Positions 26,501-41,000 of a stretch of DNA of 64,000 bases are shown here, piece by piece; the first letter of the stretch is position 1; the number at the start of each line of letters is the position of its first letter. Both the position numbers and the translations under genes were made by a program. A model generated the notes under the pieces. It worked only from the letters and a program-made list of their open reading frames with translations. It had not been told where the DNA came from and did no database searches. This DNA is from Pavona decussata (lineage: Eukaryota). The stretch is from the NCBI GenBank assembly GCA_977016875.1, contig CDRNST010000035.1, positions 372,001 through 436,000 on the forward strand, in the 5' to 3' direction.

Positions 26501-28983
26501 CTGGCGCTGAAAATCCTTGAGGGGCTCCAAACGGGTTGGTCTTGTTGGTCTGCGAGGTACCTTGCCCTCCTAAACCAAAACCCCCAAAGCCAAAACCAAG
26601 AGCTGCAAGAACAGTCACGAGACAGTTAGTTAATACGAGAGAAGAACATATAATATATCAAAGCTTCAGTGCCTGAGCTTCTAGAATGAGAACAACAAGA
26701 TAATTTGTTTTATTTCTTGTCTCCAAACGGTTTGGTAATCTTCAAAGCATAGAAAGGATAAAAATAGTAATGAAAATAAATGATAAATTGCAACCTTGCC
26801 AGACCTAAACCTAAGTGCTCAAAGTGGTGATAATTTTCAATTTTATTCGGGAATAGATTCCTACCCAGCGGCTAAGAAATCTTCCCAGCAATAAATTGCA
26901 CCCTCTGAAACCAGAGCGATTTATCCATGAGATAGCCACCCCAATCTTCTGGGGTGAACATTTATCCCAGCTTTCTCATTCAAACTATACTATCTAACAT
27001 GAATCTATGGCGACATCTGTTAATGACATTGATGCTTCACAATTACCAGGTAATGGTGTCTTAACACCAAGTTATGGCAAAAGGAGTATGGCTGTTGGTT
27101 GCATGTGCCACACATGACATTCCAATCCAAGCAGTATGCAGGATGTTTGTCCCATGAACCTAGTTTATTGGCCTTAGCTCCCCACGAGTCTCCTGTAGCA
27201 TAGTGCTAGAGCATCCGAACTTGTATTAGGACGTTCTTAGGTTCGACTCCTGATAGGAGCACTCGGAGTTTTTTTTTCCGAGTATGCCTGTGTCACTTAC
27301 TGAATAATACATCATTCTCTTTTATTCACCAGGCCATCACATTTATTCCATTGCGTATATGCCACACGACACTCCAATGCTAGCACTATGCAGGATGTTT
27401 GTCCCATGAACCTAGTTTAATGGCCTTAACTCCCACGAGCTAGTAATTGGAAGGTCTTAGGTTCGACTCCTGATAGAAGCACTCGGATTTTTTTCAGAGT
27501 ATGCCTGTGTTACTTACTGAATAATACATCATTCTCAAATTTGGTGAGGCGTTCAGATTCTGGCAGCATTTACTCTCAACTCACACAGTTTGGCTGCTTT
27601 ATACATTTAAGTGAAAAACCCCACTTACCATTGTCAGCTGACTTAGACGCTGCTTGGCCAAACCCACTGCTGGTGGTTGGTGCAAATGACGACTGACCAA
27701 AAGTTGCCTTTCCTCCAAACGCTGGCGCAGCTGTTGTGTTTGCTGATCCAAATACTGGTGCAGAGCCAAAGGTACTGCCTTGACTACTTACAGCAGAAGC
27801 GAATGGCTGAGGGCTTCCAAAGCTCATCCCACTAGTTGATGTCCCAAACACAGATGATGTTGGGGCAAAGGCAGTAGATGCTGGTGCTCCAAACAGATTG
27901 CCTCCAGCTGATGTGCTTGCAGCTGTTCTGAGAGACCCAAATCCGGTACTTGCTGCACTTGAGACTGCTCCAAAGGCACTGCTTGTGTTAGTTGGATTAC
28001 TGAAGATCCCACTAAGAGCTGAGGTCGATGAAGTCTCAGGTGTACTTGTCACTGCAGTGATTGTTGGAGCTGTTGAAACGGTATTAAATGGAGAACTTCC
28101 TACTGGTATTGATGCTGTTGTGGAAGTTGGATTAGATACTGGATTGGATTGGATACTGGAAAAGAATGGACTGGTTGTGCTTGTAACAGTAAAGGCAGAT
28201 GACGGTGATCCAGCTGAAAAACCAAGCAAATTACTTGGTGCTGTAGTGGTAGAAGGTGCAGTAACACCAGCGTTAGAACCACTTGGTGGCAGGCCAAATA
28301 AACCAGCAGATGTAGAAGCAGCTGTAGTAGCAGCAGAACCAAAAACATTCCCAGTCTGGGGTGATGTGCTAATTGTATTTGCAGGAGGTGCTACAACAGA
28401 CTTGCTACTTTCAGATAGTGCCTGTGCAAACACGCCTCCCGCATTTGCTGGAATACCAACGCTGAGTTGTGTAGTCGCATTTGCAGCACTTGTGTCTCTG
28501 TTTTCTGATGGAGTTCGCGTAGACAATGAAGTACATGTAGATGGGGTAGTTGCAGATACTGCATTAGTTGAAAGTGCTGTTGGAACACCTCCAAAGAAAC
28601 TGCCTGTGACACCTGGACCAGACGATTTCACCAATGCACCCAAGATACTTGTAGAAGTGCTGGCTGGATCACCACTGCCAAATGTACTGCCTATGGTACT
28701 AGCTGAGCCAAGATTTTTACAGAACCCAGGGGATGGAGCAGAAAATGCAAATGATGTTGCTGTCGTTGCTGGTGTTGAAATTCCACTGGAACTGGCAATG
28801 GATGGACTTGCAGTTGTCACTGGGTGACTGGGCTGTCAAATAGAAGGATACTGTGTTTAAACTTTAAGAAATCAAGAAACATCTAATAGTTTATACTGTT
28901 TGCCCATTATGTCAGGTGGAACCATGTTTGGATGCGTGTGCAATGGAATATCTCAGAGCATGCAGTGAACAAAGGCAAAAAGG

Positions 28984-29019
<36 letters not shown>

Positions 29020-32000
29020 CCAGCCACAAAAATCTACAACAAACCAAAAACCTTAATGATTAAACATGCGTATCAATAACATAACCAACTGGTGGATAAA
29101 ATTAAAAGTTAGTCAAAATGAAACGAAAAAAAAAAAAAAAAAAAAATACCGAGTAAAAACAAAACGTCAAAAGTCTCAAAGTAATCGCTGGATGCTTCTA
29201 CAACCACGCCTGCCATTACAATTGACTATGACTAAGTAGACACTGCTTACTTCTAAGACTTCACTGACCTCTTTACTCTTGTCTTGGCCTATTGGTGCTG
29301 CTGGTGAACTGTCATCACCAGATGCAAATAAATTCCTACTGACCCTTTGGCTTGGTGTAATCCCTGCTGCACTGGAGGTAGTGGCAGAACTCACTACAGG
29401 AATCTGACTTGCTGCTTTAACATCGCTGCCTTTACTACTGAGGCTTAATTGACTAGGTGCTGAGAAAGTTTTCCCAGAAGAAGATCCGAGATTGAACAAA
29501 CCGCTTGCTGGGGGAGCAAAGCTTAGTGGTGCAGACGAGGTGGGGAACTGACCCAAGGGAGAACCAGCTTGAGTTCCTGACAAAGACAACCGCAACCCAC
29601 CAGCACTACCAGCAGTAGAAGAGCTTGGCCCCGCTGGACCAAATGCAGGCTTGAAGACTGGCATGGGGTTCACAGTGACATTAGGTGCAACAGTACCACC
29701 ACTTTCATATGCCTGTGGTGAAGAGATTGGTGGTTTGAAGGTCACCACAGGAGGACCAGGCTTGCCACTGTCAGTGGATTTGAAGATGAACTCCGTGCTA
29801 CACTGTGGCTTTGCTGAAGGTTTTTGGGCTTCTACTGTTGCTGCCATCAACGCAGCATTGGCAATTGCCTTTGCAGCTGAGTTTTCTGTATCGTGGTCCT
29901 TAGCTTGGGCACCACCTTGTGTTTGTGGCTTATACGCTACCAGTGTTACTGGCTCAATGCTTGCTGAAGGATCAAGGTTGCTGTTGCTTGATGGCTGAAC
30001 AGCACTCTGAACTGCACTGGCCCTGTTCATGGCAGCCATTCCAGCAGCAACATTAGGTGGAATTACTGAACTAATTAATTTGACACCTGGAGAAAATGCA
30101 CTAGTTGATGGCTGTTGAGAAAAACAAAACAAAATATTACTACAGAACTTTCATTGCTGATAGCAGTAAACTGATTCTGTTTTGGACAATTTGCCTGACC
30201 TTAACCGACCACTTTCATGACAATTCTCTAAAACTAAATAATGTCAAAGGTTCTTCCATATAGAGCATGATTCTTAACAGTCTCTTTCCACGTAAAGGGA
30301 GGCTCTGAACTGCCTGGTAATAATCCCCCAAACGCACAGTGCATTGTAACCTATACAGTATTCTGTAAATGTCAAATTTATGTTGTATATACATGTAGCA
30401 AATAATAAATAAATAATAATCAATTTATATAGCGCTTTTTATATGATATTCAAAAGCGCTTACAATGTAACAACGAACAATTTAGTCAAAATCAATAAAA
30501 TATAAAATTTAAGAATAAGCAATCAAACAAAAAAGTAAGAAATAAAATAAACAAAGTAGGGAATAATCAGATGTCATATGCATTTTTAAACAAAAATGTC
30601 TTCAAGTGTTTCTAGAAACATGGTTTTGTATGTGTTCTACTTCCATCAAGAGATTTGACCATGTTCATGGATATTGAAATCAACCCTGGACCTACCAGTA
30701 TAACTGGATCTCCAAGCATCTCAAGCATCTCAGTAAGGAATATTAACCTTCTCTCTACAAGTGTTTTGGCCTCGTGTTTACATACTCGTGTTTCTTACTC
30801 GAGGAGCAAACTCATTAATCTACGACCTGCCTACAAACAATGTTTTTGTAAACCTATATTGCACCACAATTCATTAAAATGCGTGTTACTTGATGGCAGA
30901 GAACTGAAATCATTTGAATATTCTGAATGGTCTGTGAAACTACAGTGTAAAACTTTGAGGGTGATAATTGTATATCGTCCCCCTTACTCGCCACAGTATC
31001 AAGTCTCTTCCTCCGTGTTTTCTTAAGAGTTTTCCACCCTTCTTGAGAATACAGTTTTGTGTTTGGAACCTCTGCTTATTGTGGGTGACTTTAACTTCCA
31101 CCTTGATGACCATCAGAATGCTGATACAAGAACATTCTGACAAATTTTGACGACTTTTGGTCTACAGCAGCATGTTTCTGTTCTTACTCATGCCATACAC
31201 TTGATCTCTTGATTAGTAGATCGGTTGCCGATTTTAGTCTTGGCGTTCCAATGGCCACATGTCTTATTTCGGATCACTATTCAGTTATTACCCACATTGG
31301 TTTTCCAAAACCTGCTTTAACATCTAAGCACCTGTCCTATCGGAAGCTAAAAGATATAAACATCACTGATTTTCAATCTGATCTAATTTCATCATTGAAA
31401 CTGCCACTTGCTTCGGATGACCTGAATAAACTAGTATATGAATTTTGTAGCGCTCTCATAACTGCACTTGACCTTCATCCCCTATGACATCCAAGGAAAT
31501 TGTTGCTCGACCAAAAGTTCCCTGGTTTACTAATGAACTAAGAAATCTCAAAAGGAGACGCAGAAGATTGGAAAGATCAATGAGAAAATTTGGCCTTGAA
31601 TCCGACAAACAAGCTTTTCGTCTAATCTGTCAGGAGTATTCTTCTCTTCTCAAGGTCTCTCGGTCTGCATATTATTCTGGCCGTGTTTCTGATTGCGCTG
31701 GTGATACGCGAAAATTGTTTCAAATCCTCAAATCACTGTGTAAAAAAAGCTGTGGAAACACCCCTCCTGAGTTTACTAATCCTTTCTGTTTGGTAAGTTT
31801 GGTAAATTTTTTTATCAAGGAAATTGATTTAATTTTGGAGAATATTGATGGTCTCAATGTGGAGCCTCCTCTTTTAAAGTGTCACTGCGGTGATGTGAAA
31901 TTAAGTCAATTTTCTGAAAACAAGTAAAGTGGAACGTTTAAATCAGTGACATTAGCAATGGAACAAAAAAAATTATCCAGTTAAGTATTGCTTCTCATCC

Positions 32001-35000
32001 TTGGATAAAGTGCATATTTTTAAATATTACTTGTACCTGTTCCTCACTGGTAGGAAGAGAAAAGCTAGCAGATGCTTTAGGAGGTTCTGTTTGTGTTGTG
32101 TTTGATGCTGCTTGTGATTCAGCTGGCTTAACAACTGCAGAAAATGCTCCACTTGCAGCTGGCAGTGGGGTGGGTTTGTCCTGTAATCTGTCAGGAGCTA
32201 CAAGTCTCGCAGGCTGAGCTGCTGGTTTCTTCATTTCATCTTTAGCAACAGCTGCTGAAAATACATCTTTTCCAGTGGCACTGGAAGCTGGCACAAACGT
32301 GGTACCACCAAAGCTGGAGCCAGCTGCAGACGCAGCAGCTGGCACAAACGTGGTACCTCCCAAGCTGAAGCCAGCTGCAGACGCAACAGGTACTCTATTG
32401 GCGGCACTTAGCTGCTCAAGTTCCTGCTCATCCTCATGTGGTTCATCACCATCAGTTTCAGACTCCTCTTCTGATACACTTCCGTTGCCATCAACTTCAG
32501 CTCCTTTCTCTTGTTCTGGTGTTGGAAGGCTGATAACAAATCTGCCTTTTGTGCCTTCTGTTGCAATACTTGGATTGACAGCTGGTGTAGAGGATAAGAG
32601 TGGCACTTGAGGTTTACTTGGCCTCGCTGTAGGCGTTTTGGCAACAGTGCTGGGAACTATGTAAAAAGTACAGAAGTTAAATCAGGGACAACACGAAATG
32701 GTTTAAGTTATAAAATTATCAGACGTAAAGCAAAAGAGACTAACTGGTTCTAGTTTCAAGATTCTGTTGTATTCTGGGCTTTTTACTTGGGGATGTTTGT
32801 CATTAATTTTTCGCTACGACTACTTTCTTTAACACAAACACCTGTAAAAGTTTTGGTCTAGACGTAAGTTATTCCAATATCACTCATAAAATCAAGGTCT
32901 CATCAAGCACATATCTCCTCAGCCACAACAGGTGTAACAGGTGACAGCTATGACGGCCCTGATGTTCCATGAATGGTTATTAAATACATGTATTTTTAGA
33001 GCAGTTTTCAAAATTGCAATTACATTTATCAAAAGGATTGCTTTCATTTTTGTGTTTGCTTTTGAGCATTTCATACAGTATTTTAAGGTTCGAAAACAGC
33101 TTGCATTTTACCCATGGGTCACACTGAGATGGCGATGTAGAGCAGTGTGTGTTTTCTAAGGAGACAAGAAGATGGAATGATTCTAAAAGATTATCCCATA
33201 AATGTATGGAACCCTGACTTACCAATCATGCTTCGCCTTACTGGGGTATTTCGTCTTTTCTGAAACATGCTTCTCAGCTGAGCTTGCTTTTCAGGAGAAA
33301 CTGGGGCTGTAAAAAAGATTTTTTTCACAACACAAAAATTAGATTTTTGTGATACATGTACGTTTAGGAATACAGTTTTGCGGAAACAGCGTTTAAACAC
33401 TAACCAGAAGGTCTTTGAGGAGGTGACTTTAATTCATCTTTAGGCACAGCAAAAGGATTACTCATCAAGTCATCTCTGAAATAATGAAACTCCGTTTTAA
33501 AGAAGTAATAATATTAATGATCTAATTTTTTATCTTCTTTGCCTGGTTTGTTAATTAAATTAATATATCGTTTCTAGCAAAGATTGCATGGGTTCAGAGA
33601 TAAAAAAGTTACATGATATCATATGAACTCACAGTCACTGATACGTAAACTCACGACCACTGGATTTGGCAAGACTTAGTATGCATTTTATCTTCTTGTA
33701 CACTTTTCTGCCTTCTAGCATTGTTAAGAATTCTCATCTTTATTGTATATAAGTGTTATATATATTAATCTTCTACACAAAGACTTGAAAACGACTAATG
33801 ACCAGAAGAAACATCAGTTGTTTTTAACACTAGTTTTTATTGCTAAAACATTTCCCAACAGGAAAAAATGTCTCTATGGTACATTAATTACCCTCTCCTC
33901 TATGCAAGTGCCAATACTCAGTTTCCCAGCTCATATTCTATGATTGGCATTATTTTTTAAAGACACTTGTAAGCTTTGTTCTTACTTTACCTTACACTGG
34001 AAGTGTTAACTGAAGTTCTCTGCCAGGAGGTTGATAACAGTTTCCTATTTTTCATCTCCTCAGTGATTTTTTCCAACTTGGCTCCCTTAAAAAATGCATT
34101 GAAAATCTCAATTTTGTTTATTCCCCTTAGCGTCAAACTAAAAAGCCGAGCAAAGAATAATTTTGAATGTATCATGATTATCTGTTAGAGTAAAGCGTAC
34201 TTGATCCTGGGCAATTTTAAGGTTCATCTTCAGGCTCTTATAAATTTCATCTAGTGCAGGAGGCTGGATGGACCTGGAAAAATTAATTAAGATGCACAGA
34301 GCTCTTTAAAACGTCACACTCATGCCATAGAAAACTGGGTTTCACTGGCATAAGTATTAATTGAGCAAATAGAAGTTTTTAACTACTCTCCCTAGATGCT
34401 AGCTACTGTTTTGTGGGGTTATGTCCCCTGACATTTAGTTATGTTCCCTAACAGATTGACCCTACTCAAACACATGGGTAAAGAGACACAATTTTGAGTA
34501 AAGTTCCTTGTCTAAGGAAATGACAATAACAACTGACATCAAACTTTATGTTCATTGATTGATTAGAGTGATCAGGATTATCAGGAGCTACTCTCATTTT
34601 GGTTTTAAGACACTTAGTTGAAAAAAATGGTGGAAAAAGCAACACCAACAACAAGAACAACAACAGAACATGTTGAATATTGCTTGTAAGCTTATTAATT
34701 GTCACATACAAACTTTCAGCATTTTATTGCAAGCAGTTGATATGGATGAGGTTTCGGCTGAAACAAGTTTGCCTTTTGACACGTATTGTGTGGTTCATTG
34801 AAACATTATGCTGCCTAGTACTGCAATGTAGCTTTGATTTTGAATAATTGTTACCAATTACAGTATGGTCTGAATTTGAAGAATTAGCTTACAACGTTTG
34901 CGAAAAACTCAAGAAACTAAAGCAACAGAAGACCTGACGTTCGGTTGATTCTTTTTGTTTTGGTTCGCACAGAGAGCAAAAGAAACCATTGATGCATCCT

Positions 35001-38000
35001 TTGACCTGGTCATTTAACTCAAGTGTACATGTCTGAATTGTATTATTGGTCGAATTCAAGCCAAGACTATTTAAAAACCAGTATTTGCAGGTAGCACAAA
35101 TAATTTTAGGTAAAATTGACAAAATTAGCAATGAAGTTGAAGTTAAAGTTAAAAAAGAATAATAATTCTACAATATGTTACATGTACATGTACATGTATA
35201 AAACTTTATTACCTTTTACGTTCATTTTCTTTATTCCACTCTTCATCAAGAACCATGTTCACCTCTCTGAGTAGTACATAAAAAAGTGTCACTCAGTCAG
35301 TAAGCTCTCATGAACACAACCCTATTAACTCCAAGAAAGTCTTGATAGTTGTATGTATGAACTCCATTTTTAAATATGTAAGAGGAGCAGGGATGACACA
35401 GTAGTGAGAGCCCTTGTTTCTGACCAAAATTAATTGTCTGGGTTGATTCCAGGAACTGTCATACATGTAAAAATATCGTCCCAGAGGCAGAGTGATCCAG
35501 TTTATATTATTTATTTTAGTGTTCTTTTCCCATCATTATAATCCCTATAATTCCTTGCATTCAAGTGATTCTAACCTTTTGTCTATTTCCATGACTAAAA
35601 CAGTAACCTAGCTATGGTGAAAAATCATTTTGTGTAATTCCACTGAAGTTAGGGAATGACCTACTGCATACTACAAAGCAGCAAAGAACCTCTTTTGAAA
35701 GTGTTTTAAAAGTTTTATTTTCTTGTAAACTCAAGTTTGGTTTTGGTCATGAGACATTGGTGTATGTATCATGCATTTTGAAGAACTGAGTCATTAGCAT
35801 CATCACTATTAAAGTTATGATAAAATGAGTTTGCAGTTGGTTCCCTTCCTTGTTACCAGGTTTTTCTCCAGGTACTCAGGTCAAAAACCCACATTTCTAA
35901 ATTTCCATTTGATCTGGGTAATAATAGTGTCTTCCCAATCAGCCGTGTGAGTTAGAAACCACTTGAGCTTTAAGTAATCTATTTATTATGATGTTAACTG
36001 ATACCTTAGAGTTTTGTCAAGATAAAGGTGCAGGTTTCTGACATCTCTCATTTTCTTTGCATTCATTGGGTCCAAAGCTCGAGACTGTGGAAAAGAAACC
36101 AAAGAGCTGTTTTAGAAAGAGATCTCTAGGTTGCCATACAAGAATATCAAATAAATACACTGTGTAGCATTATTTTAAGAGAGGAAGCAACGCTATCAAG
36201 AAGAAAGAAAGATATCATATTCAGCAAGTCACAGACGAGCATGATGAATGCTACATCTTTGTAACTTCATAGCCAAACTTGTATATTAATTTCCATTGTT
36301 GGAGTTTCTTTGGTATCTCATATGACACTGCTGATCGACCGTTAAATCTTTATTATTATTATTACTATAATTATTATTATTATTATTTAATCCTGCACAT
36401 TCAAAAGATACATCTTGCAAAATGTTAGTCAAACTCCACAGATCTCCGATCGCTGTCTAGAATTTTTGCTTGAAGCCATATCAGAAGTTTGGTTTCTTTT
36501 GCAAGGCTAAAAAAGTCTTGGGGTTGTAGAAAAAAAATATTGGTGGTCTTGCCATCTTGCAAGGTCTCAAATTTGCTATTCACCATGCCAAGCTTGCCAT
36601 GGGTTTCCTTGGAACTCAGTGGTCAAAGCATCCCACCGTTGGGATGAAGGTCACACTAAGGACTACATGTAACTCCTGAAAGAGACTTTACCTTTCTTTG
36701 TCCCACGCTCATAAAATACTGAATAAAATACATGTACTGTCTGTACTGTACATTATTTCAACTGTGCATACCTTTAGCAATTGAACATATCTAGGGTCAT
36801 TCTTCCTCTCCTGCCTGATTCTAAATGTGGTAAAAGACACAACAATGCAATGCTGTTATAATGCATTAATAATTTTCTGCTTTTAACATGCTTGGTAACA
36901 AACACCAATAAACTTGGATGTAGCAGGCAGACAAAGAGGTGGGTAATAACTATCAGGCTAATGCATTTAAAATGTGTTTCGAACGCGTCTGAGTTGACAT
37001 TTCAAATGTGGAACGATATGATTACAAATTTCTCCTTGTAATCATAAGTTTTTTGTAAATTCAAATAAATTAAAATCAGCTCCACAAAAAGAGATTTAAA
37101 ATCACAATCATCTTACCCCCCCCCCCCCCTTACCCTTCCTCCCCTGATGAAAAGAACTTTTTCTAAGAGCCCCCTCTATAGAAATTCCAATTTTACTCTT
37201 CCAAACTTTCCCTTAATAAACGTTTTGGCCTTTGAACCCCCCTACAGTGGCGCCCCTCCTGGAATTTTCAATCTCTTCAGTGGGGAGGGGGGAGGGGGAA
37301 AGGTGGGGTATTGATATTTTTCAGGGACTACTCATACATGTACACTGTGATATCATTAATTACCTTGCATCTTCCAAAACATCAAAAGCTTCAAGCACTT
37401 TTCGTTTCTCCTCATTGATATCTTTTTGCTGATCCTGTTACAAGTTTAAATGTGAACACAAAAAGTTGTCTTTATTTCCAGAAATATTAACCATTTACAG
37501 TATCACAGACATTTTTAACTATCAATAAATGCCACTTGCACCTGTTCAGACTTCAGTTATTAATAACAAACTCAAAATGAAACATGGTCACGAATGTTTG
37601 TTTCCTACAGTGTACAGTAAGTTACTATTTTGATTATTTCTTCATACCTTGGTTGCATCTCTGATGGCTGTAAGTGACCGACTAATCTCATCAGTTGACT
37701 TTCTTAAGGAGTTGAGATCCTTGTTATCATCTGTCAAACAACAATTCCTTTGCATCTGCTTCACACTTTTACGTAATGTGGCCATCTCTTCACTAAATTG
37801 ACTGATCTGTTCCAAAAATAAAATAGTAAAAATAATGTGAATGTGAAAGAAATAAGAAATCCAAAAATCAATCAAGCGGATGACATTGATCTTTCTTTTA
37901 AGCACTTTTAAAATAGCATCTGGTGTTCACATTCGGCTGAATATGAACTTCTGGAAAGAAAAACACAATCAAGTTTTGTTATTTCCTTTCTCAAGGACAA

Positions 38001-41000
38001 GGAGTGTCTGTTCAACAGCAGTGTAACCAGTGGGTGAGGTTACATTTATGTGTATTTTGTACTTGCAAATTGGTGGTGGAAAGACAGAAGTGCTCATCAA
38101 TTTGACCTCAATCCAGATTTCACCAAATTAACTAATTTCTAATTTGGCATACCAGCTGGCCAGCTAGCTATGACATACATACATGTACATGTACTGTAGA
38201 TGAACATTTAGATCATTAATTTTGGTCTTATGGCCTGAACTTGAATAATTAGCTTACAACCTTTGGGAAAAATTCAAGAAACAAAAAGATCTGATGAACA
38301 TAAAATAAAAAGAAATCAGAAAATTGTAATAAAATGCAACAAAATATTTAGCATAAACAAGGAACTACATTTGTACATGTAACATGATAACCAGCTGGAA
38401 AAATGTGCTTAATTGGCACCCAAGCACTTTGTCCACACAGCCCCTTAAGGATGGTGCCCACTTTTGCTACTCTGCATAATTATGTTTAGCGCATCTCTGA
38501 TTGGTCCAAGAGGCTCTGATGTCTTAAGGAAGGTGCCTACTTATTCAAAGGTATTTTTTGCGTGGTTTATAAATATGCGGGAAAAGAAGATCTTAGAAAG
38601 TGTTATTGAAATCCGAAAAGAAAATTGGAGGTAACCACGCATTTTCAGAGATAATTAAGTTAAAAATTGGAGAAAAGTTCCATATGTTGTTGTGTATGTT
38701 AGCGCTTTTTACAAATATTGTTGATTACAAATGGTCACTTCTAAGAACAATGCTAGGCCGCGCAAAACGCTTAATTTATAAATCGTCTACACAAGACTTC
38801 CTTTTGCAAAAATGCAAGACCTTAAAAGGGATATTTTTGAAATTGAAATATCCCGAAAAACATCAACTCCGCTATCAATTGCCTCCAGCATCCTATAGAC
38901 CCAGTTCAAACACCTTCTGACCGACCTGTTTGGATTACGTTGCCATTTAAAGATCAGAAATCGGCGGACGTGGTTCGCAGGCAACTTGGCGACCTCGGAA
39001 CTAAAATTAATCAAGAACTACAGCCGGTGTTCATGAGCAAAAAGATTGCTGATCATCTGAGTCACAGAAGAAAAGCCTCCCCTGATCAATCAGCAAAGTG
39101 TAGTATACGAATTCACATGTGATTTGTGTGATACAAATTATATTGGGTACACTTGCAAGCCGCCACCTCCATCAACGCGTTGAGGAGCATAAACGTTCTG
39201 TGATCTGAAAACATCTCAGGGAAGAACTTTCAAGTCATAAAGAAATGCCGTGACAAATTTGAATGTTTGGTCTACGAAATGCTGTGGATCAAGAACAAAA
39301 GACCGAAACTGAACACGCAAGCGGATTCCATTCGCGCGAAACTCTTTACCTAAATGCTTTCATGCTAATTTATTTTCTCACTTACAATACCTATAAATAT
39401 GCCTTTCCGTTATTTTCATTTTACTCATTTGACAATGACGATATGAAGTCGTCGAAACGTCATGCTGTTTTACTATCGTTAATTTTCTTGTTGAAATGTT
39501 TCTTTAAATCGTTTTTTATCAAAAAAAAATTGTGTGGTTTTTTTCTTTTTGGATTTCAACGACACTTGCTAAGATCTTTTTTCCTGCATATTCATAAACC
39601 GTGTAAAAATAAGTAGGCATTGGAATTAGTAGGCACCAAGAGTATACCCATTCTGTGGAATTTCTGGTCCATTTTGTGTTTTGCATGTGGTCTGCAATTT
39701 AATTAGCCAGCAAACTTTGCTGTGTGGATCTTTTTTGCTGGTCTATGCTTAGTTTTTGAGAAAATTGAGGCCAAAAATATTGAGTCAGGATATAAGATGG
39801 TTATGCTCTCAGCCCTGTTGCCCCATCAATAGAAAAATATTAAATTTAAAAAAAATATTTCTTAACAAGTCATTTACCGCTTCTTGTATATGCTGAGATA
39901 AAGAGGCTTCAATAACATTGCTTTTGGAAACAGGGGCAGGCTAGCAAAGGAAAAAGAGAAAAATGATCAATTGAGCAACATTTACAGTACTTAGGAAATC
40001 TCTTTTACAATACATAATTTACAGTATATTAATTAAATGATTGACTACAGTATTATACTGAAGATACAGTATTGTAACTTCCAAGCCGTGAGTGAACTGG
40101 CTGGGAAAGCCCTTTTGAAAACATGCTGTGGCATACATGTGTCTTTATGATATCACTTTCTAAAACTGAACGTAGTTCTTAAAAAAATATATACAGTATT
40201 TATGTCTCCTGCAATTTACTATTATTTCTTCTCCAAAACAGTAGATTGTTTCTGGACGTATGTACTGTATTACTTTACAGATTGTTGCAAGACTACTACT
40301 GGAAGTCAAGTGAGCACTGTGTTTCTGGCCAAGCTACCATGGCCGAAAAGCACATTTTGAACAAGATGATCCTAACCATTTCTTTTTTGGAGATTTGCTG
40401 CTTTGTTTCTGGCCGGCCATCCTCCTCAAAGCTCCATTTTTCCCGGGAAGTTGCAGCCTGTTCAAACATAATCAACGATTTGCAGATCAGCAACAACATA
40501 ATATTTGCAACTTTAAATCAATGACTGTAAAACTGCAAAAAGAGAGAAGGTCAACAAATTTGAAAATAATGGAGAACATCATTCCCTCAAGCTCAAAATC
40601 ATGTTAAGAAAATGAGGGTACAATGTACCCATCATGATACATACGTATCAAAGAGAATAGTACTAAGCCAATGTTTCTAGTACATGTATTAATTTATTAG
40701 TGAGTTGAACAATGCCCATGGCAGGTACATACACGCAATTATGGGTTCTGTTACACTATGTTTACCAATAAAACTGGATTTTTCCAACTCCTAAATCATG
40801 TAAATACATGTACATGTGCTAAAACATTTACATCTAAAATTCAGAGTGCATGTGTTACAAGTAAATATAGATCTAAAGTATACATATTTATGAAGTCATA
40901 TGTTAAATTTATGTTAGCAGCTAGTTGGGGGTATATATAAATGAAACAAATATTAAACACGTATTTGACAGTCAGAATGGAAGGAGGTTGGAAAGTTTGC

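Noticed and set aside
27185-27262. Functional tRNA gene
   Set aside because: A B box is present, but the arms are degenerate and it lies in a tandem repeat unit, so it is SINE-like.
27898-28827. 309-aa plus-strand ORF (also 29651-29998, 32275-32610, 43118-43462)
   Set aside because: Antisense shadows of low-complexity Nup214 exons, with no independent gene signals.
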